From contig CP068257.2 of NCBI GenBank assembly GCA_009914755.4, positions 39,296,001-39,360,000 on the forward strand: a DNA stretch of 64,000 bases. Direction: 5' to 3'. Positions within the stretch are counted from its first letter, which is position 1. Every line of letters begins with the position of its first letter. Of this stretch, positions 1-15,292 are shown piece after piece. The notes below the pieces were generated by a model. The model was not told the DNA's origin. It searched no databases and was given only the letters and a program-made list of their open reading frames with translations. A program made the translations under genes and the position numbers. Source of the stretch: the human T2T-CHM13v2.0 reference genome, Homo sapiens.

Positions 1-282
1 TTAAAAATGAAGTCAAGACATTTGGACTATTAAGAAAATATTAAGAATAGAATTGAAAAAGTCCAAATTAGATCAATGACACAACATTTTATTTGTTTGT
101 TTAATCATCTAAAATGGGAAAAATACTTTATCATACCTCAATGTTTTAAAATAATATCAATTTTAGCTATTGATCTTTAGAAAAATTTTATTGAGGAAAT
201 CAAAGAAAAATCAGGAAATGAAATAATTATCAAGAAGAAAACATACATATGGTTGTAAGTGGACTATAAACTCAGAGACCTT

Positions 283-475
283 GGGTTTAATCTCATGTTC
301 TAGCATGCATTAGCTGCATGGTTATCTAATCTTTGTGCCTCAGTTTCCTCCTCTGTAAAATGGCCTCAGTACCCAATGGGATGGGAAGGAAATAAGGCAA
401 TACGTGTAATGGCTAAGTGCTTCCTGCTTAGTACCTGGTCCATGGTACATAGAGAGGATTAGCTCTTCTCCTTGG
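283..475 (+). repeat. MIR-like SINE fragment. It contains the core motif 'tgtgcctcagtttcctcctctgtaaaatgg' followed by a 'gtgcttcctgcttagtacctgg' tail that resembles the MIR 3' region.
   Basis: By-eye similarity to the MIR consensus core and tail. Confidence 0.5.
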
Positions 476-2285
476 AAGTGTCCCCTCTGTCATCAAGATT
501 AAAGGGAGAAATGCCTTCATCCTCTTCTCATACACTTCTTGGAAGATGCTGCCTACATCACACACAGGATGAGGTATGGTGGTACCATCAAAGACCTGGC
601 AAGAATCAGATAGCACCCACAAAGAGTTCTTGAAGAGAGTTCAATGAAAGGCCCATGTCTTGAAATACAGGTACAAGACAGCTTGCACGGTACCCAGGGA
701 CCAAAGTGGGAAGCCATCTCTGTCCCTGGACATAATTCATCTCTCCCTTTCCCCCTCAAATCTCCCTCCCCTGCCTCTCATTGGGGAAGCTGTGAGAGGC
801 TAGAGGGTAAGTGGCCTCAGGATGTGTTCATCAAGGTCAGCCTCCTGGCTCAGCAGAGGCAGAGACACCCCCACCAGGGCTCAACTGCACGTAACCAGCT
901 CTGTGAGTAAGCGGGGCTCTCTCATTCTCCCCAGTGGGGCTCAAAGTGGCAAGTCCCACATCTGAGTATCCATTATTCTTATTTCTTGATTAAATTGTGA
1001 GGAAGCAAGGTATCACAGGGAACGCAACCTGCTTATCTTTCTTACCAAATGAAATAGCTTTACTAGCTGGGAGGAAAAGAACATGAGTTTTTCAGCAATA
1101 ACAGCAAACTCAGCCCTTTGAGGATTCTTATAAGGTGGGAGCTCCCTCCAAGCCATGCTAAGCGTGGGGAATCCTCAGTGTCCTGGGCTCTGGGTTTCCA
1201 CACCTAATGCATGAACTGTTTCTCCTTATGCACAACCCCCTTGTTTGAGCTGACACCTCCATCGTTGTAACCCCAAATCAATGAATCAGTAGGCACACAG
1301 GATTACATCTTTTAAAATAAAATGATGGCTGAGATGCTGAGGAACCACGGGCTGCAGGTGGGCTGGCCATCTGTGCTCGAATCCACACCCTGCATGGGAG
1401 AAGATACTTACGGCTCATCTTGGAAGTCACAATTTTGAGGTGTCTCACTTAATTTCCAGTTTCATTTCTCATCACCCCCACTTCAATGAACCATTCATTC
1501 TAATCAAGTAGGTCTCAGCCTAGTCTTCAAGTCTCCTGGAACCATTCCATGATTCCATGCTGTTCCCTGCCCAGAGCACCTGCTTGGCTCCCCCATCACT
1601 TTCCCATTTCCCCCTTCAGTGGGGCACAGTCAACCCCGGTGCTCCTGGCAGACACCATCACAGTAATTAAATATTATTAGTGCATGTTTTATTGCATACG
1701 TACAGCCACAAGCTAAATGTGACATTGCCATAGACCTCTCTCCCTATTCTCCATGGAATTTAATGTCACCGTCTCTCACTTAGCACCTATTTAGTGTCTA
1801 TACTTAGTAAGGAATTTTTGTGTCTTTTCTCTTGAATCAGGCTGTCAGTAACTTAAGGATGAAAATCTTCTTAAATGTGTACAAGTCACATCTGTTATCC
1901 ATGACAGAGCCTTGATGTAGAGGCGTTTAACCTGTGGCTCTTCTCACGATGAAACCCCAGTAATGTGACTTTGAAAAATGTGTGTGATGTCAAAAGTCAC
2001 TGTGATAAACAGCTTTACCTCTACCACACGGGAAAGATTCTATGCTATAATTAGGTGATTAAATTTGCCAAGGCACATTTCAGTTGTAGAACCATTCCAA
2101 AATCAAACAACATAGCCATCATAGAAAGTGCTCAGTGACCCATCAGGAAAACTGATATGTTCAAAACATTTCTAGACAATGGTAAATATGTTTTAAAGTG
2201 GAAAAGCGTTTTGAATGTAAACAAAAGTAAACATTTTGAGCTAAAGAAATACACATTTTAGGTCATACACATATATATGTTTTAA

Positions 2286-2320
2286 TCCTGATATATATAT
2301 ATATATATATATATACTTTT
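2286..2320. repeat. (TA)n dinucleotide microsatellite with flanking AT-rich low-complexity sequence out to about 2380.
   Basis: A direct run of 'atatatatatatatatatatatatat' is visible. Confidence 0.85.
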
Positions 2321-2825
2321 ATATATATTTATCTTAAAATGTAAATATATATTTTTATCCTGGGATATATATAAATACATATTAATTATCTACAGCAAAT
2401 GACAGGTAAACCTCTTGACTGAGCAAAGTGCTAAGCAGAGACATCTACAGGTGAGGGTGGGCCAAGGCGTTTCATGAACCAGGGCAGAGCCAGATGTAAG
2501 TGGTGGGAGGAAAAGGGTCAGATGGCACATAGGAAGGTCAATGCCAGGCTGAGCCTCACAGTAACAACCACAGACCCAAAGCAGATGAGGAAGCACAGAG
2601 CCCCACTTACTCAGGAGATAAGAATGATCCAGGAGAAGACGAAAGGCCCTCAGAACACAAGTGTGGCAGGTTCACCTGCCTGGAGCTCCCACACCTTTTC
2701 TGGAAAGATAGAGCTGCCACGATGGCTCTCAGTGGTATCTGCATCTTCTGAGCTAAAAGGTGCCACCATTGTGACAACCATTCTGCTCAGCTCAGGCCCG
2801 AGCTGGCCAATGGCTCAGGAGCAGC

Positions 2826-3035
2826 CACTGCATTAAACTAGTGGCCATGCCTAGTAGCCCAGCCATGGCCAGCTTCAGAACCATTGCTCTTCTGTACAAG
2901 AAAATGTAAATTTACAAATGGCTGAGGAGCCGGCACTGCCTAAACTAGTGGCCATTTCTAGCACCCAGCCACTGCCAGCTTCAGAATAATTGCTCCTGTG
3001 TACAAGAAAATATAAATTTACTCAGTGCCCATTGA
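2826..3035. repeat. Two tandem, diverged copies of a roughly 105-bp unit ('ctaaactagtggccat..ccagcttcagaa..attgct..tgtacaagaaaat.taaattta').
   Basis: Two adjacent units can be aligned by eye at about 80-85% identity. Confidence 0.6.
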
Positions 3036-5396
3036 AAAAGAAAACAAAAGAAAGCTATGAGCCGTGTGTAGGGACACATGTGGTGGTGGATTTCCACTTA
3101 TGTAGTGCTACCCACCCAGGGCTTCATGGTCCTTGTCCCCATGTTTCTTTGGCCAACTCTGCTCTAGCTTCCATGTCAAAGGTCTCACCCTCACTCGGTC
3201 CCTCAGTGTTGCAGCTATAGCTTGTGGCTTCTTTCCTGGTAACTGTGGTGTTGGAAAATGACACCAGGGCCATGTGCTTTCCTGCCTGATACCTTCTTGA
3301 TGACTCCACTTCTCCATCAGCTATGTCCTCTTTCTCACCGTGGTGGCCCTTCTCTGATCTGGACCAGCATTCCTGGGAGAGGAATTCCTGTGCACAGCCA
3401 GGTCCAGGGACATGAGGACAGTTCAGGATGAGCTCAGGTGGGAGAAGGGGACCACCCCTGAGAGTCCACCTTCCCCAGGGCCCCTCCACCTATGTGAGTG
3501 GACATGAGCCATGGGGCAGCTGGGTATGGGCATCTCAGCCCACCCTTTGAGAAAAGGCTACAGCCAGGAGTGTAGTTTGTGGACAGCACCCATCTGCCAC
3601 ATCTCCCATATCTGCTGCAGTGTTTACGCTGAGACCACTCTCTCCCCAGGCAGCTCTGATACAGTACAAGAGCCAGGCCATTTCTGCCAATGCAGGCCAC
3701 CTCCAAGGCAATCTTGGGATCCCTGTCAGCCTGCTCAAGACTCTCTGGGGGCTCTAGTTCAGAGTGAGGATCTTTCTACCCAACTCTACCTCCTCCTGCT
3801 TTCCTTATAGTTGTCAGATCCCCATGATGTCCTGAAGCCCTCTCTGCTCACTTGCGCTACAGACAGCCCCCCAGGAAGTCTCCTGCACATCGAATTCTGC
3901 TGGGCACAGCTTCCTGGAGGACCCCAAGCCACACGCACAGTCTCAGAAACTTTGTGCACAGAGTGCCCAGCAGCTAGGATCCCCTCCTCACCTAAAATAA
4001 AGGGACCCTCTTTTCTCTATTTATAACTGAGCTTCCAGAAGCCAGCCCTGTCCTCAAGCAATGTTCAGACTCAGGCCAAATGCTCTTCCTTTTTGGCTGC
4101 TGCCCTTCTCCAGGGCTAATAAATGCTCTTTCTTTAGAAATGTTAATAAAATCATTCAAGTCCCTGTTACTTTATAAATTGCAACAAATGTCTCTGTATA
4201 TCTGAAAAATAGTGATGAAAATGGCATCAAACCAGGTCCTGAGCCCATTCACAGGCACCTGTAGCTTTCTGGCCCCCACACAGTAGCTCTACAGGCCACA
4301 GGCTTGTCATCAGTGGGCTGAAACACTCCTCAGACATAGAAAATACACCCACGTGCTAACAAACTTGGTTGCTGGTTGTTTTATACAGCATGGGTAAACA
4401 TCTCTTTGCTAACTGTACTATTCACAAATCCTCATTGGTCATTATCGGCCCACATCAGATTAGAGGCTGCACCACACCAGCAGTGGGTGTGGGGAGAGAG
4501 AAACCACTAAGAGCAGGTGCAATCTTAAGACCCCAGCAGAGGGTCCCTGCTGCAGGAGTGGCCATCTGCCTGCTTGCCACTGGGGGAATATGCAGGGAAG
4601 GTTGAGAGCTGGGGAGGATCATCCTGAGTCCTGGAGAAAGGCAAAAGGCAGGTTCACTTTGCAGAATCAGATGCCGGGGGCTTGCCTCACCACCTTCATT
4701 CATTCCGGACGTTAACAAGCATTTGTTCAGGGCCTGATCATAGGCCAGATCCCTGGGGATGCTGTGAACATCCCTGCTCCAGGGAAGCTGAATGTTAGCA
4801 TTATTTCCATCAAAAATGGCTAATGTTGTCCAACGTAATGGCTTCTGTTGTTTGGAAAATGTGCTCCAGCAGTGTGTGTCTCTCAAAGATGCTTGCAGAT
4901 TAGTGATACTGGCGTGCTGAGATGGAAAGTCTGGGAATGGGGCAGTGGCTGAATAAAAGCTCTCTGTTTCCTGCAAAGGTTATTCCACATCCTCATAAAT
5001 CCACTACTCGGTGAGGACCATCAGGCAATTCACTCCCGGCATGGGGTGGGCGAGTCACACCTGCATGTTCACTGTATATTAAGCAAATGAGGTTGTTCTT
5101 GACTGCAGTGTCATTGGATGATGATGGAAACCCATGCCTGGATTCAGATGTAAAAATATCAAGAATATATAAATACAAGAAAGCCATCAGTGATGTCAGC
5201 CAAAGCTTCACTCTCCTAACTCAATCCTGCGGAACCACAGCAGTGAGGTTAGAGCGTCCACTGCTGAGCTGTCACCATAAGGCTTCACGGAAGTGGCCAG
5301 CAGATGGAAAGGATTCCTCATGATAAAAACACAGAACAACCTCAGTGTTCAATAATCACAGCAGGTCACATTCACAGTGAGACATCCATAGGATGA

Positions 5397-5724
<328 letters not shown>

Positions 5725-5844
5725 TAAAATCATGTCTTAAAAGCACTTAATGACACGAGAAAATGTAAGGTATGTAATATTTTATGAAGTACGTTACTTA
5801 AAAACAAAGCAGCAATATACAATATGGCCCAGAATTTGTGTATA

Positions 5845-5882
<38 letters not shown>
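5845..5882. repeat. (CA)n dinucleotide microsatellite, followed by a GA-rich tract.
   Basis: A direct run of 'acacacac...' is visible. Confidence 0.9.
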
Positions 5883-5885
<3 letters not shown>

Positions 5886-5984
5886 AAACAGAGAAAGAGA
5901 AAGGAAAACAAAATCTCACAAAGAAGAGAAAAATAGCCACTGGTTATCTCTAAATCACACATCTTATTTTTATTTTATTTTCAC

Positions 5985-6212
5985 ATAGTGTTTAAGAGCA
6001 CAGACTCTGGATGCAGATTCAGGTTTAAACCCAACCTCTTCTCCCCCTGAAAGCTGTGTGACCTCAGGCAAAATACTTAACCTTTGTGCCTCAGTTTCCT
6101 CATCTATAAAAGAAGATAATAATAGTACCTACCTCACAGGGTTGTTGTGAAGAGTGTCTAGCACTGGATAAGCATTCTACATGGGCATATCAAAATCAGT
6201 CAATCAATAAAA
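5985..6212 (+). repeat. MIR SINE.
   Basis: Contains 'agctgtgtgacctcaggcaaaatacttaacctttgtgcctcagtttcctcatctataaaagaagataataatagtacctacctcacagggttgttgtgaagag...gcactggataagcattc', which matches the MIR consensus core and 3' region. Confidence 0.8.
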
Positions 6213-6851
6213 CTAAGTTTCTATAGTTTTCAAATTTTCTGCAATACATATGCTGTCGTAGTAAAAAAAAAAAAGTATTTTTAAAATAAATGTTTAGAGT
6301 TGAAGCCTGGATGAATTATAAAATTCTTCCTTTCTCCTCTCATTCCCACTCCCACTTTGGGCAATGACTTGGAGTTCCTGATGTGGGGATGGAAATCTTA
6401 TCTGACTTGGGCAAATGAGCTGTGTCCATGCCACTCCCAAATCAAGAAGTCAAATGCTGACCCCATGTGTATTATGCCACCAAGGGACACTGTCTCTAAG
6501 AGGCACTGAGTCGTGGGCTGTGGCTGGGTGGAAGGAATTGGAGAAGGAAGAGGAGGAAAGAAAGCATTTTGTTTTCTGGAATGAAATGATTTTTCTTCCT
6601 TTTTTAAAAAAAGGCAAGTTTTGAGAACTCTTATTTGTACATCAGAAGGGAAAAGGAGACTTTGGGAGTGAATTCATTTCTTCAACAAATATGCATTGAG
6701 TGCCTGCTATGTGCCGGGTTCTGTTTTAAATAAAGGGCCATGATAGTGAATGAAAAAGGCACATGTCCATGGTAGTGAATAAGACGGGGGAGAAAAACAA
6801 TAAACAAGTAAAAAGGAAATGTGAAATATCATGGCAAAAGAAAAGACTGCC

Positions 6852-7224
6852 GTATTAGTCCATTCTCATGCTGCTACTAAAGACATCCCCAAGACTGGGT
6901 AATTTATAAAGGAAAGAGGTTTAATTGACTCACAGTTCAGCATAGTTGGGGAAGCCTCAGGAAACGTACAATTATGGCAGAAGGGAAAGCAAACATGTCC
7001 TTCTTCACATGGTGGCAGGAAGATATGTGAGCACCAAGTGAAAGGGGAAGCCCCTTATAAAACCATAAGATCTTGTGAGAACTCACTCACTATCACAAGA
7101 AGAGCATGGTGGAAATAGTCCCCTGATCGAATAATCTCCGCCTGGTCCCTTCCACGACATGTTGGGATTATGGAAACTACAATTCAAGATGAGATTTGGG
7201 CGGGGACACAGCCAAACCATATCA
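6852..7224 (-). mobile_element. Solo MaLR LTR, THE1-family-like, in minus orientation.
   Basis: Begins 'gtattagtccattctcatgctgct..agactgggtaatttataaaggaaagaggtttaattgactcacagttc' and ends '..acaattcaagatgagatttgggcggggacacagccaaaccatatca'. This is the reverse complement of the THE1-type LTR consensus TGATATGGTTTGG...GGACTAATACA. Confidence 0.65.
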
Positions 7225-8236
7225 ACTAAGAAGGAAAATAAAGCAAGGTAAGAGGATGGAAAATGGCCAGTGTGTCCCTTTCCAGAGGGTGGTCCTCAGA
7301 GAGCCATCCCAAGGATGATGATATGTGGGCAGAGAATGAAAGAAGGCAGACACTGTGCCATGCAAGTGTCAGAAGATGTTCCTGAGAGAAGAAAAAGAGA
7401 AAGAATCTGAGATGGGTTTGTGTGTGTCCAAACTAAATAAGAAGAGTTGGAGGCCGGATGGGTCTGAAGGGCAGGTCGTTCAGGAACTGGAGATTGAGTG
7501 GTCTGCAAAGAGGTAAAAGATGAGAAAAGAACGTGAGGCCAGGAAAGGGGCATTGGGCAGGAAGCATGGTGAAGAGGTGCCCAGCATGGCACACATTGAT
7601 TCCAGTTGGCCTGGCCAAAAATGTAGAGTCAGCTGCAGTGGAGCTGTGAGATGATTAATTTTAGGTGACCACTTGGCTGAGTTGAGGGATGCTTAGATGG
7701 CTGGTGAAGCATCGTTTCCGGGTATGTCTGTGAGATGTTTCCAGAGGAGACTGGTGTGTGAGTCAGTGGACTGAGGAGGGAGATCCACCCTCCATGTGAG
7801 TTTGCAGCATCCAATTGGTTGAGGGCGTGACTGAAACAAAACGGGCAGAAGAAGCGGGACTGCGTGCTGTCTCTGCTTTCTCTCTCCCTGCTGGAGCAAG
7901 ATGCTTTTTCTCCTCCTGCCTTTGGATGTCAGACACCAGGTTCTTCAGCTCTTGGCCTCTGAGACTTGCACCACAGCCTCCCAGGGCTTTTCAGCCTGAT
8001 TGAGGGCTACCCTAGGGGATTCCTGGTTGTGAGGCTTTGGATTGGGACTGAGCCACATGAATGGCTTCTCTGCTTCTCCAGCCTGCAGTGGGTCTATCAT
8101 GGGATTTTGCCTCTGTGATCATGTGAGCCAATTCCCCCTAATAAATCCCCTTCCATACATCTCACTGATTCAATCAGTAAGATTCAATAAGTAATTCAAT
8201 CTCTAATGCAGATTGTGGTACCAAAAGTGATTCTAA

Positions 8237-10330
<2,094 letters not shown>

Positions 10331-11399
10331 AAGAAACAGAATTTTAAGAATGAATTTTCTTAATTGGTTTTGGAGTTTCTCAACTTTGCTCTCTAATCTG
10401 ACTAGACCTAAAAATGCGAAAGATTGTACCAATAGTTCAGATAGCACTGATAGTCCATGGCATGAACTGTTAATAGAGATACACAAAACAAATAATTTTA
10501 ATACTCCTAATTCACCACCTTATGAAGCAAAGAACTCATTGACTCTGTAGATGACACTTTTGAGCATTTGTGGGAAACCACACAATATAATGACATCAAT
10601 TGGTTGCTCCTAACATCACTGGACAAAGTGATGAAAGAAGGATGAGCTCAGAGATTCCAACTCTCTGCTCCAGATGTACATAAATAGCCCAAAAGCTTCC
10701 AAATGTGCCCTGAAGGAGAATCTCCTCTTCTGTAGCCACAGGGTTAACATTGCTGAAAATCAAACACAAGCCCTCATCCTGAGATTGGCTGACTTACAAT
10801 GAAAAGTGAACTCTTAGTCTTGCCAGGGGTCTACTATTAAAATCATGGCATTGATTGGGAAAGAATAGGACCCTGTGAGCTGGGATGGGGCCATGTGGGA
10901 AGACCCTGATAAAGCTCGGGACACTGATCTCCTAAATTCTGATGAATCTTGTTTTCCCGGGAAAGTGGCCTCTTCACCCTCAATGGCAGTGGCATCCTGG
11001 GGGATGTAGGCCTCTCCACCTGTTTGAGAGGCAAAACCCTGCATTGCCTGAGGAAATGGTCATGGCCTCCCCTCAGGCAAGACAATGCTGATTCTCCTCG
11101 AGACCCAGCCCCACCATCCCTCTGCTTCCAGACCTTTAACTATGCTGAAGTCCCAGCTGGACCCTAAAGGTCAGATACACAGGGTGACACATGGGAGGTG
11201 TGGTACAGTCAAAAACATTATTTGAATTTTCTAATTTATGCAAGCAGAAATCTGGAAAACACATGTGGGAATGCATATTAAGAATGTTGGAAAATGATGG
11301 AAGGAACATAAAGTTGGATCGGGAAAGTTGTGTTAATAGGGGCTCATTAAGCAGGGATTCTGCATTTAATGTTGCAGCTCAGGGAGTTTAAACAGGCAA

Positions 11400-14105
11400 T
11401 AATTGTTTGGTTGGTTGGCTGAAACATGGACCAAAAGATGGTGTGCCCTGAATGAGTTGGAGACGTCTGATCTCCCTTGGGCTAATATAGAGGCAGGGAC
11501 TCAAAGGCTTAGGCAGACTGGAATCCTAGAGTGGGTTTGTCACTTAAAACCCACTCACCCACACTGGTGGATCCAGAAAACAGATGTTTCACCAACTCCT
11601 TGAGAAACAGGTTTGTATGGAAGTCCCAGCATCCCTGAAGAGCTCTATGATTGCTGTTCCCTGTATGCCAGATCCTACCGTGGGAACCACGATTACTCAA
11701 TTGGAAAACTTAAATGCAATGGGGATAATTGGATCCTGGGGTGGCAGAGGTCAAGTGGCAGCACTCAATCCCCAAAGGCAAGGAGGGTGCAGTTACTGTA
11801 ATGGACAGCAGAGGCAATTCAGCAATCAGAGGTCTGACTCATGTTGGCCTATGACATTGGAGTTAATCATGGTGTTCCTAGAAATGAAATAAATGGGAAG
11901 TCTACTACATTCTTACTTGGTCTGTATAAGCAGAAAACTTTCAGGGCAGGTGAATAAAAGTCTAACTCAAATCATAAAAACAGAATCATGAGCCCTCAAC
12001 CAATTTCTGGACTTGAGCCAGTTTATAGATGCAGAGCCCCTTGCGTGAAAGGGAGACCAGGTCTCCCTGAAGAAGGACACTGGTACACTACTGAAAATGT
12101 ATACCGTTAAAGTTTCTCTGATGCTTCCCCAAAGGGACCTCTGGCATTTAGCCAGAATGACTGTGCATTGTGGGAAAGGAAATAATCAGATTTTTCAAGG
12201 ACCTACTGGACACTGCCTCTGAACCTAAAACATCACTGGGGCCATTCAATTAGGGTAGGGTTTATTGAGATCAAGTCATTAATGGAGTTTTGGCTCAGTT
12301 CTGACTTACGGTATGTCCAGGAGGTCTCCAGACCCACATGTGGTCATTTCCCCCATGCTGGATGCATAATTAGAATAGATGCACACTTAGCAGATGGCAG
12401 AATCCCTACATTGGTTACCTGACCTGTGGAATCAGGGCTTCTATGGCAGGAAAGGCCAAATGGAAGCTGTTAGAGCTCCCTCTACCTAGGAAAATAGTAA
12501 ATCAAAAACAATATTGCACCCCTGAAGGTGTTACAGAGATTAGTGCTACCATTAAGGACTTGAAAGATGCAGGGGTGGTCATTTCCATCAAATCCCCATT
12601 CAACTCTTCTGCTTGGCCTGTGCAGAAGACAGATGGATTTTGGAGAATGACAGTGGACTTTCATAAGCTTAACCAGGTGGTGACTCCAATTGCAGCTGCT
12701 GTACCAAATGTAGTTTCATTGCTTGAGAAAATCAACACATCTCCTTGTACATGGTATGCAGCTATTGATCTGGCAAATGCCTTTGTTGCCTCATCCCTGT
12801 CCATAAGGCTCACAGGAGGCAGTTTTCTTTCAGCTGGCAGGGCCAGCAATACACCTTCACTGTCCTACCTCAAGGGCCTATCGTCTCTCTAGTCCTATGT
12901 CACAAGTTTGTTTGCAGGGAACTTGATTGCCTTTCCTTCCACAAGATGTCATACTGGTGTGTTACATTGATGACTTTATGCTGATTGGACCTAGTGAGCA
13001 AGAAGTAGAAATTGTTCTGGAATTATTGGTAAGACATTTGCATGTCAGAGGGTGAGAGTGAAATCCATTTAAGATTCAGGGGCCTTCTACCTTAGTGAAA
13101 TTTTCAAGGGTCCAGTGGTATTGGGCCTGTTGAAACATCCCTTCTAATGTGAAGGATAAGTTGCTGCATCTGGCCCCTCCTACAACCAAAACAGAAGGAC
13201 AACACCTAGTGGGTCAATTTGGATTTTGGAGGGAAGATGGTTGGGTGTTTCTCCAGTTCATTCATAAAGTGATCCAGAAAAAGCTGTTAGTTTTGAGTGG
13301 GGCTCAGAAAAGAAGGCTCTGCAACAGGCCCAGGCTGTTGTTCAAGCTGCCCTGCCACCTGGACCATATGACCCAGCAGATCCAATGGTGCTGGAGGTGT
13401 CAGTGGCAGAGAGGAAAACAGTGTGGAGCTTCAGGCATTCCCTATAGGTGAATTGCAGTGGAGGCCTCTCGGATTTTGGAGGAAGGCTCTGCCATCCTCC
13501 ACAGATAACCATTCTCTTTTTGAGACAGCTCTTGGCCTGCAACTGGGCCTTGATAGAAACTAAACACTTTACCATGGGCTACCAGGTTACCATGTGACCT
13601 GGGGTCCCCATCACAGACTGGGTCATAAAGTTGGGCATGCACATGACCCACCACGCCGTAAAGTTGGGCATGCACAGGAGCTGTCCATCATCAGACAGGA
13701 GTGGTCTGTACGTGACTGGGCCCAAGCAGGCCCTGAAAACATGAGTAAGTTACACGAAGAAGTGACCCCAATGGCCATGGTCCCCACTCCTGCTATACTG
13801 CCTTCTCTCTTCCAGCCTGCACCGTGGCCTCATGGGAAGTTCCCTATGATCAGGTGACAGAGGAAGGGAAGACTCGGGCTTGGTTTACAGATGGTTCTGC
13901 ACCATGTGTGGGCACCATCCAGAAGTGCACACTTGCAGCACCACGACCCCTTGCTGGGACACCCCGGAAGGATGGTGGTGAATGGAAATCTTCCCAGTGG
14001 GAAATTATGGTTACCAGCTGCTTGGAAAGGAGCAGGTGGGGAGAAGGGATCAAGAGAAGTTGGTTGAGGGGTACAAAAATACAGGTAGACAGAAGGAATA
14101 AGCTC
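11400..14105 (+). mobile_element. Degraded ERV internal region (protease, RT and start of RNase H) with no recognisable flanking LTRs. Frameshifts and stops occur throughout. Its 3' side abuts an old L1 3' end.
   Basis: Translations: protease-like 'FFKDLLDTASEP' at about 12200. RT motifs '[30 protein letters not shown]...[11 protein letters not shown]' (ORF 12443-12892). Active-site 'HIDDFMLIGPSEQEVEIVLELL' at about 12965-13030. RNase H start 'RAWFTDGSA' at about 13870. Confidence 0.6.
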
Positions 14106-14106
14106 T

Positions 14107-14400
14107 AAAGTTCAATAGCAGAGTAGGATGACTATAGCTAATAATAATGTACTGTGTACTTCAAAATACCTAGAAAAGAAGATTTGTAATGATCCTAACA
14201 CAAAAAATGATATATGTTTGAGGTGATTGATATCCCGATTTCCCTGATTTAATCATCTCACATTGTATACAGGTATCAAAATATTACATGCACCTCTAAA
14301 ATATGTACAATCTTTATATACCAATGAAAATAATTAATTAACAATTAAATGAAAAAGGATATCAAAATGTATGAATGCTATGCTTGCGAATATGAAAATA
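14107..14400 (+). mobile_element. Old L1 (L1M/L1PB-like) 3'-end fragment.
   Basis: Contains 'tgactatagctaataataatgtactgtgtacttcaaaatacctagaaaagaagatttgtaatgatcctaacacaaaaaatgatatatgtttgaggtgattgatat...catctcacattgtatacaggtatcaaaatattacatgcacc', which matches the characteristic old-L1 3' terminus. Confidence 0.55.
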
Positions 14401-14710
14401 ATTATACAAATATGGTAACAGAGAAAGGTGATGACATTAAAATTAATTTTTAAACTTAAAAAAAGACAAACTCAGGGTTTGAGGTTTAATAAAATTATTT
14501 CAGATTATTTCATCAAGAAGAATTCAATGACTACTATTAAGTTTGAATCCATGGCCTTCATTTATCCTGAAGCACCAGAAGTTTTACCTACCGTGATGGT
14601 TAATTTTATGTCAACTTGAGTACACTATGGTGCTCAATTGTTTGATCAAATACTGATCTAGATGTTTCTGTGTGGGTACTTTTAAAATGAGATTAGGATG
14701 GATGTGATTA

Positions 14711-15007
<297 letters not shown>

Positions 15008-15265
15008 GATGCGATTAACATTTAAATCCATAGATTTTGAGTAAAGCAGATTATTCTTCATAATGTGGGTGGGTCTTATCCAATCAGTTGAAGGTCTTAA
15101 AAGAAAAAACTAAGCTCTCTGGAGGAAGAGGAAATTCAGCCTGCAGACCGCCTTTGGGCTCCAGACTAAAACATCAACTTTTCCCTGAGTCTCTAACCTG
15201 ATGGTATACCCTGCAGATTTCAGATTTGTTAATTCCCACAAGTACATAGCTGATTCCTTAAAATT

Positions 15266-15292
15266 ATCTATCTATCTATCTATCTATCTATC
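15266..15292. repeat. (TCTA)n tetranucleotide microsatellite.
   Basis: A direct run of 'tctatctatctatctatctatc' is visible. Confidence 0.85.

Noticed and set aside
12443-14108. Series of 80-150 aa plus-strand ORFs with enzyme-like motifs as a possible host gene.
   Set aside because: The motifs are retroviral protease, RT (HIDD box) and RNase H in the canonical pol order. Frames are broken repeatedly, so this is an endogenous retrovirus remnant and not a cellular gene.
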